Below are positions 9,278-19,258 of a stretch of DNA of 29,738 bases, one piece after another. Made by a program: the position numbers and the translations under genes. Numbering within the stretch: the stretch's first letter is position 1; each line of letters opens with the position of its first letter. Under the pieces are notes generated by a model, which was not told the DNA's origin, searched no databases, and saw nothing but the letters and a program-made list of their open reading frames with translations. Location: positions 1-29,738 of the forward strand of contig JBHHZN010000001.1 in the NCBI GenBank assembly GCA_046758155.1. The letters run 5' to 3'. The DNA is from Acidobacteriota bacterium (GTDB lineage: Bacteria > Acidobacteriota > Polarisedimenticolia > JACPZX01 > DASXTC01).

Positions 9278-10428
9278 CGAACGACAAAACACCGGATCTG
9301 CTCGTGGTCGGCGGCGGGCCGGCCGGACTCGCCGCGGCGATCGTCGCGCGGCGGCTGGGACTCGGCGTCACCGTCATCGACAAGCGCCAGCCGCCCATCG
9401 ACAAGGCCTGCGGCGAGGGGATCATGCCGGATGGGGTGGAAACGCTCGCGCGGCTCGGGGTCATCCTTCCGCGTGACCGCGTGGCGGCGTTCGGCGGCAT
9501 CCGATACATCGAAGGCGGCATCATGACGACCGCGCGGTTCCGGGCCGGAAGCGGCCTGGGCGTGCGGCGAACGGTCCTGCACGAGGCGCTCATCGGTCGC
9601 GCGCGCTCCCTGGGCGTTCATCTCGACTGGGGCCGCGCGGTGCGGCGATTGTCGCCCGACGGCGTGGAGGCGGACGGCTCCCCGGTGAGGGGTCGCTGGA
9701 TCGTCTGCGCCGATGGGCATGACTCCCTCTGCCGGCGAGCCCTGGGACTGGACGTATCCCCCATTCACGAGCGGTTCGGCATCCGCAGGCACTTCCGGGT
9801 CCGACCATGGGCCGACCTGGTCGAGGTGCACTGGTCGGACTCCTGCGAGATCTACGTGACACCGGTGGCGCCGGATCAAGTCTGCGTCGCCACGCTGACG
9901 CGAGACACCGGCCTGAGGCTCGACGAGGCCCTGCGACGGTTCCCCGCACTGGAGAAGAGGCTACGGCATGCCGCCATCATCTCCGACGACCAGGGCGCCT
10001 CGACGGTCTTCCGCCGCCTGCCCCGCGTCGTATCGGGGCGGTACGCTCTGATCGGCGATGCTTCCGGATCGGTGGATGCGCTGACCGGCGAGGGCGTATC
10101 GCTCGCGTTGCGCCAGGCGCTGGCGCTGGGAGCCGCCCTGCGGGAAGGTGATCTGCGGGCGTACGGCGCCGCCCACGCACGGCTGATGCGCCTTCCGGCG
10201 GCGATGAGCCGGGGAATGCTCGCCATCAGCGGGAAAGGATAGTTGCGGCATGGCGTCTTGAAGCTGCTCGACACGGCGCCCGGCCTGTTCGCCCGGCTCC
10301 TGGACCTGCACACCGGGATGCTGACACCGCGCGCGCGGAGCCGGTTCGGCGCCGGTGTTCCCGAGCGACTCCTCACCCCGGAGCCGGCTTCCTCCCCTTC
10401 ACCCGCCTTTCCAGCAAGAGGGCGATGA
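9271..10428 (+). CDS. FAD-dependent oxidoreductase/monooxygenase (GGR-like), interrupted by an in-frame TAG at 10240-10242 (uninterrupted ORF ends at 10242)
   Basis: VVGGGPAG, DKACGEG and LIGDASGSVDALTGEG motifs. The start overlaps the PKS stop. The frame continues after the TAG as LRHGVLKLLDTAPGLFARLLDLHTG to a TGA at 10428 that forms an ATGA overlap with yceI. Confidence 0.8.
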
Positions 10429-11036
10429 AAGTCAAGCCACCGCGCGCGCGCCGGGCCGCCGTCCTTCTCGCCGCGCTCGCGGTGGCGGCCTGCCCGACGG
10501 CGACGGCCGCCGAGATGGGACTGAAGCTCGACCCCGACTCGACGAGCATCCGCTTCGCCCTGGGAGCCACCCTGCACACCGTGCAGGGAGAGGCGAGGAT
10601 GCGCGAGGGAGCGATCCGGTTCGATCCGGACTCCGGCGCCGTCTCGGGCCGCATCGTCGTCTCCGCGCGTAGCGCCACGACCCACAAGCCCTCGCGCGAT
10701 AAACACATGCACGCTGATGTGCTCGAGAGCGAGGAGTTCCCCGAGATCGTGTTCTCGCCGCACACCATGCAAGGGGATCTCCGGCCGGAGGGAGAGAGCC
10801 GGGTGCGGATCTCCGGGACGCTGGAGATCCACGGCGCCGTGCACGATGTCACCTGGCCGGTGAATGTCAGCATCGAGGGCGACAGCCTGAAAGGGTCGAT
10901 GAGCTTCACCGTGCCGTACGTCCAATGGGGGATGAAGGACCCGAGCATTTTCGTGCTGCGCGTTCACAAGGAAGTCGAAGTCATCGTGATGTTCCAGGGG
11001 GTACTCGAGGAGGAGAACGCCTCCCCGCCTCCTTGA
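10425..11036 (+). CDS. YceI-family lipid/polyisoprenoid-binding protein with signal peptide
   Basis: N-terminal signal/lipoprotein-like segment, then LDPDSTSIRF, RDKHMHADVLESEEFPEIVF and GTLEIHG, the YceI pattern. Confidence 0.85.
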   Translation: MKVKPPRARRAAVLLAALAVAACPTATAAEMGLKLDPDSTSIRFALGATLHTVQGEARMREGAIRFDPDSGAVSGRIVVSARSATTHKPSRDKHMHADVLESEEFPEIVFSPHTMQGDLRPEGESRVRISGTLEIHGAVHDVTWPVNVSIEGDSLKGSMSFTVPYVQWGMKDPSIFVLRVHKEVEVIVMFQGVLEEENASPPP

Positions 11037-11326
11037 AGAGGCTCTTTCTCATACTGGCCGGCCGGACTCGGCCCGGCCTTGCCACCGGGCCTCCCAACGA
11101 GGCGCCCGCGCTCCTGCCCGCGTGGCCTCGAGGGATCCGCGCCGGCGGGGACCGGCTTCAACGCTCGATGCGAGGCGCGTGCATCGCCGGCCGTCGTGCC
11201 CAGATCCCACCTCTCGGCTCTCCGCGGGCATGCGTGCGCTCACGGGCGAAGCTCATGCACCTGCGCCGGCGATGGCCCCCGCTGCGAGGCCGGCCGGCTG
11301 GACTCACCCGAGCCGCGGGACCTCGC

Positions 11327-13540
11327 TCAGGATTTCAGCTTCATCCCACCGGCCGCCGCCTTGCTCATCGGCTTCTCGGAAGTCTCCGGCTCGTAGCGAT
11401 AGGTGTGATAGTACCCGTCCCGGTGCGATGCATCGACGGCGTTGATGATCGCTCCGAGAACCCGCGCGTTCATCCGCCTCAGCTTGTCGGCTGATCGAGC
11501 CAGCGCGTGCCGCGTGGTCCTGTCGGCCTTGGCCACCAGGACCACGGCGTCCATCGTGGGGCTCATGATGATCGCGTCGGTCGCCACCAGCACCGGCGGC
11601 GAATCGAAGATCACGTGATCGAAGCCGCCTTGGATTCGCTTCACCAGTGAGCGGAACTGGTCGGAATCGAGAAGCTCGGCCGCGTTGGGAGGCACCGGCC
11701 CGCTGGGCAAGAGGAACAATCCCGCGCAGGCGCCCGGAACCATCACCTCCTCCGGTTCCAGCTCTCCGCTCAGAACGTTCGAGAGACCCCGGCTCGCTTC
11801 CATTTCGAGAGCCTTCAGCAGGCGGGGCCGGCGGAGGTCGGAGTCCACGACCAGGACCTTCTTGTTGATCTGCGTCAGGGCGGCCGCCAGATTCAGAACC
11901 ATCATGGTCTTGCCCTCGGCGGCGCCGGGACTCGTCACGAGGAGCGTCCTCGGCGGATGGCCCGGGGAGGAGACGAGCAATTCCGTCCGGACCTCGCGGA
12001 AGACCTCCGCGGCGGGCGCGTGGGGCTTGTGCAGCACCGTCAGATCGACCTCCGGACAGGAGCCGTTGGTACTCCCCTGCCTGACGCGGAACAACCCCCG
12101 CTCGCCTCCTTGCCTGCTCAGGTCGGGGATCATCCCGAGGCAAGCAAGACCGGCGGCCCGATCGAGATCTTCCTCATCGCGGACCGAATCGTCGAGATAG
12201 TCGAAGAAGAACGCCAGCCCGATGCCGAGGCCCAGACCCGCCAGCAGGCTCAGGGCGAGGTTCATCTTCTTGCGCGGCCAGGACGGCTCCAGCGGCACGT
12301 GGGCGCGATCGACGATGCGGATGTTGGTGATCGGCGCTCCCCGCATGGAGGCGGTGGCGTTCGTCTCCGCTTCGCGCTTGAGCATGGCATCGAGCGTGGC
12401 GCGGCGGCTCCGGATGTCGGCCTCTCGACTCTTGTATTCGATCGCCATGACATGGAGGTTCTGGGCCCTCCTCTTCTGGGCCGCCAGCGTCCTCCGCAGG
12501 GCACGCTCTTCGTTGCGCGCGGCAAAAAACCGCTCCTCGGTGTCCGCGAGCAGCCGCTGGTACAAAGAGGACTTCTCTTTCCGGAGGCGAACGCGGGTGT
12601 TCTCCAGCTCGCTTTCCAGGCGGGCCATGGCCGGCCAGTCGGGCTTGAAGCGCTTCCCCATGCTCGCGTACCGCCGCTCGAGGTCCGCCTCCTTGGCCGC
12701 GAGGGTGAGCAGTATCTCGTTGTTCATCAACTCGGGCAGCACGCCCTCGAGCGAATCCCGCATGGCGACGTACCTGGCTTCCGCCAGGATGCGCTTCTTC
12801 TGGGCATCCGTGTACGCGCCCGTGAGCTCCCTGAGCTTCTGGGACGTGACGTTCTGCCGGTCGTCGATGAGCACGATATCATGCTTGCGGGCATACTCCT
12901 GCTGCTCGCGCTCCTTCTTCTCGATCTCCTTGCGCAGAATCTCGATCTGGTGGGCGACGGATCCGGAGGCCTCCTCATTGGTGTTGTAGACGGTTTGCAC
13001 AGTGAAGTTGAAGTACGCGTGCGCCACGTTGTTGGCGACTTTCGCGGCCAGATCCCTATCGGTGTCCTCGAACGAGATGTTGATCAGGCGGCTGTTGCGG
13101 ATCACTTCGACCTCGAGGTCTTCCTTCAGCTCTTCCGCAAGGAGCTGATCGCGCTGGTCGTCAGTGAGCGTCTCGTCCTCGAGCCGTGCGAACTTCTTGA
13201 AGCCGGGACGCGATTTCAGGTCCAGTTCGCGCACCACCGTTTTCAGGATGCGCCAGCTCTTGATGAGACGCGATTGAGTGCCGATGAAATCCTTGTTGGA
13301 ATCGATCTCGCTCAGGACACCTTCGAACGGAAGGATCTGCGGCTCCGCGTTCTGTATCTCGATCTGCGCGGTCGCCGTGTAGCGGGGACGGACAAGAAAG
13401 GACCCCAGCATCACGATCCCCGTCACCAGCAAGACCGCCGAGTAGACGAGCCATCGGCGCTTGACCACAACCTGCCAGTACTCGATCAGATGGATCGGCC
13501 GACTCTCCCACCTCTCCAAATTCGTCGGGCTCCCGTGCAT
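11327..13540 (-). CDS. Wzc/GumC-like polysaccharide co-polymerase with BY-kinase (tyrosine autokinase) domain
   Basis: Two TM helices flank a coiled-coil periplasmic region. Walker A SPGAAEGKT, A' VDSDLRRP, B IFDSPP and a C-terminal Tyr cluster GYYHTYRYE. SD GGAGG upstream. Confidence 0.9.
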   Translation of the reverse strand: MHGSPTNLERWESRPIHLIEYWQVVVKRRWLVYSAVLLVTGIVMLGSFLVRPRYTATAQIEIQNAEPQILPFEGVLSEIDSNKDFIGTQSRLIKSWRILKTVVRELDLKSRPGFKKFARLEDETLTDDQRDQLLAEELKEDLEVEVIRNSRLINISFEDTDRDLAAKVANNVAHAYFNFTVQTVYNTNEEASGSVAHQIEILRKEIEKKEREQQEYARKHDIVLIDDRQNVTSQKLRELTGAYTDAQKKRILAEARYVAMRDSLEGVLPELMNNEILLTLAAKEADLERRYASMGKRFKPDWPAMARLESELENTRVRLRKEKSSLYQRLLADTEERFFAARNEERALRRTLAAQKRRAQNLHVMAIEYKSREADIRSRRATLDAMLKREAETNATASMRGAPITNIRIVDRAHVPLEPSWPRKKMNLALSLLAGLGLGIGLAFFFDYLDDSVRDEEDLDRAAGLACLGMIPDLSRQGGERGLFRVRQGSTNGSCPEVDLTVLHKPHAPAAEVFREVRTELLVSSPGHPPRTLLVTSPGAAEGKTMMVLNLAAALTQINKKVLVVDSDLRRPRLLKALEMEASRGLSNVLSGELEPEEVMVPGACAGLFLLPSGPVPPNAAELLDSDQFRSLVKRIQGGFDHVIFDSPPVLVATDAIIMSPTMDAVVLVAKADRTTRHALARSADKLRRMNARVLGAIINAVDASHRDGYYHTYRYEPETSEKPMSKAAAGGMKLKS

Positions 13541-13556
13541 CGGGGGGATACCTCCA

Positions 13557-14234
13557 CTAGACCGTCTTCGCGACGAAGGCTTTCAGTGCCTGTATGGACG
13601 CGGGAGGCGCCTGGAGAAACTGAACACCGTAACCGTATAATCCTCCGACCAGCGTTTCCGATCGGACGACCTCCCCGAGAACGCGGATCTTCGGATCGTG
13701 GTTGGGAAGATTGAAAGTCAGCTGGAGCGCCGCGTTCTTTGTTAGGACCTCCCGTGTCGTCAAGTAAAGACCGGTGTAACTGATATTGTGCACCTGCCCC
13801 TTGAGGCGCTTTCCGTCCCCTTGGATCCCTATCCGCAGATGGCAGGCCGCCCGCACGCCACGGCGGCGCCTCAGGCCGAGCAGCCCGGCGACGCTGTCCA
13901 GCAAGGCATCTCGACCCTCCGCTTTCCTTGTGACCGCCGCGGCGCCCGCTTGCAGACACCGTTCGCTGATCTCCTCGGGCTCATGGATGCTGATCACCAG
14001 GATCGGAACGGCTTCCGTCTCGGGATCCGCCTTCAAACGCCGGCAGACCTCATCGCCATTCATCTCCCCCATCTCATAATCCAGGACGATCAGGTCCGGC
14101 TGGAGCGTCTTCACGAGTCGCGTGACCTCCTCGGCCCGCGTGGTGACGAACACCTTGAAATCCCGCGCTTCGAGGAAGGATTTCTCGACCGCCAGGGTCA
14201 GCTTGCTGTCATCGGCGAGCAGGATCTTGTGCAT
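13557..14234 (-). CDS. Response regulator with N-terminal REC and C-terminal PilZ domain
   Basis: MHKILLADDS, DLIVLDYEMGEMNG and VTRK form the receiver. RRGVR (RxxxR) and NISYTG (D/NxSxxG) are the PilZ c-di-GMP motifs. The start is uncertain; the ORF track extends it to 14405. Confidence 0.85.
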   Translation of the reverse strand: MHKILLADDSKLTLAVEKSFLEARDFKVFVTTRAEEVTRLVKTLQPDLIVLDYEMGEMNGDEVCRRLKADPETEAVPILVISIHEPEEISERCLQAGAAAVTRKAEGRDALLDSVAGLLGLRRRRGVRAACHLRIGIQGDGKRLKGQVHNISYTGLYLTTREVLTKNAALQLTFNLPNHDPKIRVLGEVVRSETLVGGLYGYGVQFLQAPPASIQALKAFVAKTV

Positions 14235-14685
14235 GCATGACCGAAGAAAACAGGAAAGCGCTGCCGAAGAAGCCGCGCCTGCGGCCTGATCCGGTCTCGG
14301 TGATTCCCTGGTCCACGAGAACCCTCTCCCCCGGGGTTCCTCCCCGGGGAACCGGGTGGAACGGACGCGGACAACCATCGATTTAGTTGACCGGCCGTCT
14401 AACACCTCTATAAGCTAGGAAAGATCAGGCAGAAGGTCAAGCGGGCACCACACGGGTCCGGTCGACCTCCGGGGATCGTCGATGGACACCCCGAGCGGCC
14501 ACTTCCGCGGTCGGCCGTTGATCCCCTTTTTGGTTCTACCCGGGATCCCTCTGGCGGCGGGATGTCGCGGTCCCCCGGCCGCCACCGCGCGCCAAGCCAT
14601 GGGGACACCCGGAACCCCCCAGCGGAGCCGTGATCTTGGACGCCGGCACACAGGACCGTGACTGACAGAGCATGGCAGGAGGTGG

Positions 14686-14694
14686 TGGTAGACT
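14686..14694 (+). promoter_or_regulatory. Extended -10 candidate for phoB
   Basis: TG-G-TAGACT about 20 nt upstream of the GTG start, with SD GAAGGAG between them. Confidence 0.35.
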
Positions 14695-14714
14695 GCGCTG
14701 GAAGGAGCCCGAGC

Positions 14715-15410
14715 GTGCAACAGGCGAAGATCGTCCTCATCGAGGACGAGACCGACATCCGAGAGGTGATCACGTACAACCTCGAACGCGAAGGATACCG
14801 TGTGCTCACGGCTTCGGATGGACAGGCGGGCCTTCACCTCGTGAAAAAGGAAGCTCCGGGGCTCGTTTTGCTGGATCTGATGCTTCCGGGCCTGGACGGG
14901 ACGGAGGTCTGCCGGCGACTGAAGGCCGATCCGCTGCTGCAGGCCGTCGCGATCATCATGATCACCGCCAAGGGGGAGGAAAGCGACATCGTCCTGGGAC
15001 TGGGACTCGGAGCCGACGACTACATCACCAAGCCGTTCAGCCCCAGGGAGCTGGTGGCGAGAGTCCGCGCCGTGCTGCGCCGCGGGCCCCTGATCGAGCA
15101 GAGGGCTGCCAGCCGGGTCACACGCGGCGCCGTGGCCGTCGATCAGGATAGGCACGAAGTCCGCGTGGGAGGAACGCCGGTCGCCATGACCGCCACGGAA
15201 TTTCGCCTCCTGCACCTGCTGGCCTCCCACCCTGGACGGGTCTTCACCCGCGATCAGCTCCTCAGGAGGGTGATCGCGGAGGATTCCTTCGTCGTGGAGC
15301 GCAACATCGACGTCCACGTGCGAGCGATACGCAGGAAACTCGGCCCCCATCGCGATCTGATCGAAACGATCCGGGGCGTCGGCTACCGCTGCCGCGATGC
15401 GGAGGAATGA
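14715..15410 (+). CDS. phoB: Phosphate regulon response regulator PhoB
   Basis: OmpR-family REC plus wHTH (DLMLPG, DDYITKPFS, RNIDVHVRAIRRKLG, ETIRGVGY). Directly upstream of phoR and pst. GTG 14715 follows SD GAAGGAG. Confidence 0.85.
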   Translation: MQQAKIVLIEDETDIREVITYNLEREGYRVLTASDGQAGLHLVKKEAPGLVLLDLMLPGLDGTEVCRRLKADPLLQAVAIIMITAKGEESDIVLGLGLGADDYITKPFSPRELVARVRAVLRRGPLIEQRAASRVTRGAVAVDQDRHEVRVGGTPVAMTATEFRLLHLLASHPGRVFTRDQLLRRVIAEDSFVVERNIDVHVRAIRRKLGPHRDLIETIRGVGYRCRDAEE

Positions 15411-15413
15411 CGG

Positions 15414-17198
15414 ATGCTGTCTTCCAGGATCCTCTGGAAGCTGTATGCCGGTTACGCCATCGTCATCCTGATCTCCACGGTGATCGTCGGAGGGCTCATC
15501 TCGCGAAGAATCGAGGCGGAGACCCTCGACGAGATCCAGCGTTCCCTCAGCGCGCGTGCCTTTCTTCTGCGCGATGCAGCCGCGCGATCGTTCCTGTCAG
15601 CCGGCGACGCTTCGCTGCAGGCCCGGATCAGGACGATCGGCAGGCAGATCGGGACGCGACTCACCGTCATCCGATCCGACGGCCTGGTCCTGGCGGACTC
15701 CGACAAGAATCCCGACCGGATGGACAATCATGCGAATCGGCCCGAGATCATGCAGGCGCGATCCCACGGGCGGGGAACGGCCACAAGGCTCAGCCACACG
15801 CTGGGCACGCGCATGATGTACCTGGCGTTGCCGGTCAGGGCGGACTCATCCATCATCGGTTATGTGCGCACATCCTTGCCGCTTTCCGTCATCGACCGCA
15901 AGCTCGCCCACGGGCGGGCGATCGTCCTGGTCGGGGCCGCCTCCTCCGCCGTCATCGCCCTGCTGGTGGGCTTTTTCCTGGCCCGCGGGTTCACTCGGCC
16001 CCTGACGACCATGACCCGGGTGGCCCAGATGATGGCCCGGGGGGAATACGACCACCGTCTTCCGACCACCACACGCGACGAGATCGGGGAGCTGGCCTCC
16101 GCGCTCAACCAGATGGCCGAAAGCTGCAGCCTGCGGATGCAGCGGATCACCAGCGACCACGACAAGCTTCTCGCGATCCTGGCCGCCATGGTCGAGGGAG
16201 TCATCGCGGTCGACAGGGATGAACGCGTGGTCCACCTCAACCGGGCGGCCATCCGGATCCTGGGGCCGACACAGGGAAAGGGCGTCGGCGATCACATCTG
16301 GGAACTGATCCGTCTTCCGGAGATAGCCGACGCCATCACCACCAGCCTGCGCGAGGCCGGCGAGACGAGGAGGGAGCTGCGGATCCCGACAAGCGGCGGG
16401 GATCGCGTCATCGAAATGCATGCATCCCCTCTGCGGGACGGCGGCGGCGAACCCACGGGAGCGGTGATCGTCCTCCACGATGTCTCGGAGTTGAAGCGAC
16501 TGGGAACGACCCGCCGCGATTTCGTGGCCAACGTTTCGCACGAGCTCAAGACGCCCATCGCCGCCATCCGTGGGCTGGTCGAAACGGTGATCGACGACGC
16601 CTCGATGAGCCCGCAACAGCGCCGGAGGTTCCTGGGGAAAATCCAGTCCCAATCGCTGCGGCTCTCGACGATCGTGACCGATCTTCTGACCCTCTCGCGT
16701 CTCGAGACGGCCGGCGACGGGCTGGTGCGCTCCCTGCTGGACCTGCGCGCCATCGTGGACAGATCGGTGAAAGATCTCCTTCCGTCCGGCGAGGCCAAGG
16801 GGATCACGATCGCGAGCGAGACACCCGACGAACCCGTCACGGTGCTGGGCGACAAGGAGGCGCTGTGCCAGACCGTCAACAACCTCCTCGACAACGCCGT
16901 GAAATACACGCCGGCGGGAGGCAGCGTCCGCGTTCGCCTCCGGGTCGATGGAACCAACGCCTTCATCGAGGTGCAAGACACCGGCATCGGCATCGAACCA
17001 CGCCACCAGCACCGGATCTTCGAGCGGTTCTACCGGGCCGACAAGGCCCGATCCCGGGAGCTCGGCGGCACCGGGCTCGGCCTGTCCATCGTCAGACACA
17101 TCGCCCTGGCCCACGGGGGACTGGTCTCGATGGAAAGCACACCCGGAGAAGGCAGCACCTTCCGTGTCTCGCTCCCGCTGGCCCCCCCTTCAGCCTGA
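15414..17198 (+). CDS. phoR: Phosphate regulon sensor kinase PhoR (HAMP-PAS-HisKA-HATPase)
   Basis: NHANRPEI periplasmic motif, MVEGVIAVD PAS start, RRDFVANVSHELKTP H-box, NLLDNAVKY, FERFYRADKARSRELGGTGLGLSIV. Confidence 0.9.
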   Translation: MLSSRILWKLYAGYAIVILISTVIVGGLISRRIEAETLDEIQRSLSARAFLLRDAAARSFLSAGDASLQARIRTIGRQIGTRLTVIRSDGLVLADSDKNPDRMDNHANRPEIMQARSHGRGTATRLSHTLGTRMMYLALPVRADSSIIGYVRTSLPLSVIDRKLAHGRAIVLVGAASSAVIALLVGFFLARGFTRPLTTMTRVAQMMARGEYDHRLPTTTRDEIGELASALNQMAESCSLRMQRITSDHDKLLAILAAMVEGVIAVDRDERVVHLNRAAIRILGPTQGKGVGDHIWELIRLPEIADAITTSLREAGETRRELRIPTSGGDRVIEMHASPLRDGGGEPTGAVIVLHDVSELKRLGTTRRDFVANVSHELKTPIAAIRGLVETVIDDASMSPQQRRRFLGKIQSQSLRLSTIVTDLLTLSRLETAGDGLVRSLLDLRAIVDRSVKDLLPSGEAKGITIASETPDEPVTVLGDKEALCQTVNNLLDNAVKYTPAGGSVRVRLRVDGTNAFIEVQDTGIGIEPRHQHRIFERFYRADKARSRELGGTGLGLSIVRHIALAHGGLVSMESTPGEGSTFRVSLPLAPPSA

Positions 17199-17220
17199 AA
17201 GGGCCCACGGCTGAAGTTTC
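17188..17220 (+). terminator. Possible weak terminator hairpin at the end of phoR
   Basis: Inverted repeat CTTCAGCC / GGCTGAAG with a 13-nt loop followed by TTTC. The U-tract is short. Confidence 0.25.
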
Positions 17221-17260
17221 ATCCGGTCTTCATGCCGTCTTTACCGGCACGCTGGACACT
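17217..17260 (+). promoter_or_regulatory. Pho-box-type promoter upstream of pstS
   Basis: TTTCAT (17217), CTTCAT (17228) and CTTTAC (17239) at 11-bp period, then GACACT at 17255-17260, 10 nt after the last repeat. Confidence 0.6.
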
Positions 17261-17325
17261 GCCGGCACAAGAAGCTCTCGGATCATCGTCCCGAGAATCT
17301 TTTCTCCACGGAGGGAGAGCCGATC

Positions 17326-18318
17326 ATGAATCGTGTCCTGCCGGCCATGGTGATGTCTGCGGTTCTCTTGCTGTCCCGTTGTGCGGGCAACCCGGGCCCA
17401 TCCACCGGACCGAGCGAGACCATCCACATCGACGGTTCCAGCACGGGTTTCCCCGTCACCGAGGCGGTGGCGGAGGAGTTCCGGAACGTGCGGCAGGCGG
17501 TGCGCGTGACCGTCGGCATTTCGGGAACGGGGGGCGGCTTCAAGAAGTTCTGCGCCGGGGAAATCGACATCAACGATGCGTCCCGGCCCATCAAGGCATC
17601 CGAGATCCGCAAGGCCAGAGAGAACGGGATGGAATTCATCGAACTGCCGGTGGGCATCGATGGATTGTCCGTCGTCGTGAATCCGGCCAACGACTTCGTC
17701 GATTACCTGACGGTCGAGGAGCTTCGAAAGATCTGGAGCCCGGGAAGCACGGTCCATCGATGGAGCGACATCCGGCCCGGCTGGCCCGACAGACCGATCA
17801 CGCTTTACGGCCCGGACACCGACTCCGGAACATTCGACTATTTCACCGAGGCGATCAACGGCAAAGCCCAGGTCTGCCGGCCCGACTACACCGCGAGCGC
17901 CGACGACAACGTGCTCGTGCACGGCGTCGCGGGAGACGAAAACGCCCTCGGTTTTTTCGGCTACGCCTACTTCGAGGAAAACCGCTCGAAATTGAAGCTG
18001 GTTCCGGTCGATGCCGGCGATGGACCGATCGCTCCCGCGCCGGCGACGATCAGCGACGGGAGTTACGCGCCCCTTTCCCGCCCGATCTTCATCTACGTCA
18101 ATAAAGAATCGCTGGAGAGGCCCGAGGTCGAGGCCTTCGTGAGCTTCTACCTTGAGGAGGCACCCCAGCTCGTGAGGGAAGTCGGATACGTCCCGCTGCC
18201 GGCGAACTTCTACGCCCTGTCCCGTGAGCGCCACGTGAAACGGATCGCGGGCACCGGTTTCTCACTGCGAACCGGCTCCACGATCGGCAGTGAGGACCTC
18301 GTCGATGGCGGCCACTGA
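17326..18318 (+). CDS. pstS: Phosphate ABC transporter substrate-binding protein PstS
   Basis: [44 protein letters not shown] and [12 protein letters not shown]. Confidence 0.93.
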   Translation: MNRVLPAMVMSAVLLLSRCAGNPGPSTGPSETIHIDGSSTGFPVTEAVAEEFRNVRQAVRVTVGISGTGGGFKKFCAGEIDINDASRPIKASEIRKARENGMEFIELPVGIDGLSVVVNPANDFVDYLTVEELRKIWSPGSTVHRWSDIRPGWPDRPITLYGPDTDSGTFDYFTEAINGKAQVCRPDYTASADDNVLVHGVAGDENALGFFGYAYFEENRSKLKLVPVDAGDGPIAPAPATISDGSYAPLSRPIFIYVNKESLERPEVEAFVSFYLEEAPQLVREVGYVPLPANFYALSRERHVKRIAGTGFSLRTGSTIGSEDLVDGGH

Positions 18319-19258
18319 ACCCGACCCCCTGACCGCGGGCATGGCCCTCGCCGCCGCCGAGCCGACCACCGGCGACAGGAAACATCGGTGGAAGGAAGCG
18401 GCCGCCAGGGGAGTGTTCTTCCTTTGCGCCGTGCTGTCGAGCGTGACCACCTTCATGATCATCGCGGTCCTCGCACGTGAGGCCTTGCCATTCTTCCGCC
18501 ACGTACCGATCAACGAGTTCCTCTTCGGCACAAGGTGGACGCCCCTTCTCGAGCCGCGTTTCTTCGGCGTCCTGCCGTTGCTGTGCGGTACTCTCCTCAT
18601 CGTCGGAGGGTCCGCCCTGATCGCCCTGCCCGCGGGACTCGCGACGGCCATCTACCTGAGCGAGTACGCCTCCTTGCCGACCCGGAGCGTTATCAAGCCC
18701 GTGCTGGAGATCCTGGCGGGCATTCCCACGGTGGTTTACGGCTTCTTCGCCATCACCTTCATCACCCCCTTGATGGCGATGGTCATTCCGGCCACGCGCG
18801 TGTTCAACGCAGCCAGCGCCTCGATCGTGGTCGGGATCATGATCCTCCCGATGGTCGCGTCGCTCTGCGACGACGCCTTGCGCGCGGCCCCCGATTCTCT
18901 GCGGCAAGCGGCCTTCGCGCTCGGAGCCACGCGGTTCGAGGTGACCGCGCGGGTCCTGGTGCCGGCTTCCCTGTCGGGCGTGACGGCTTCGTTCGTCCTG
19001 GCGGTCTCTCGCGCCATCGGCGAGACGATGGCCGTCACGCTTGCCGCCGGGGCCACCCCCAAGCTCACGCTCAACCCGCTCGAGAGCATCCAGACGATGA
19101 CCGCCTACATCGTGCAGGTGAGCCTCGGCGACACACCGGCCGGCACCATTCAGTACCAGACGATCTTCGCGGTGGCGGCCTTGCTGTTCGTGATCACCTT
19201 GACCATCAACATCGTCGCCAACCGCGTCCTGCAACGACTCCGGGAGGCCCACGCATGA
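18305..19258 (+). CDS. pstC: Phosphate ABC transporter permease PstC
   Basis: [13 protein letters not shown] and [10 protein letters not shown] motifs; operon position. Confidence 0.93.
   Translation: MAATEPDPLTAGMALAAAEPTTGDRKHRWKEAAARGVFFLCAVLSSVTTFMIIAVLAREALPFFRHVPINEFLFGTRWTPLLEPRFFGVLPLLCGTLLIVGGSALIALPAGLATAIYLSEYASLPTRSVIKPVLEILAGIPTVVYGFFAITFITPLMAMVIPATRVFNAASASIVVGIMILPMVASLCDDALRAAPDSLRQAAFALGATRFEVTARVLVPASLSGVTASFVLAVSRAIGETMAVTLAAGATPKLTLNPLESIQTMTAYIVQVSLGDTPAGTIQYQTIFAVAALLFVITLTINIVANRVLQRLREAHA

Noticed and set aside
11037-11326. Small ORFs between the convergent yceI and wzc-like genes
   Set aside because: Low-complexity translations with no SD or motifs; likely intergenic GC-rich sequence.
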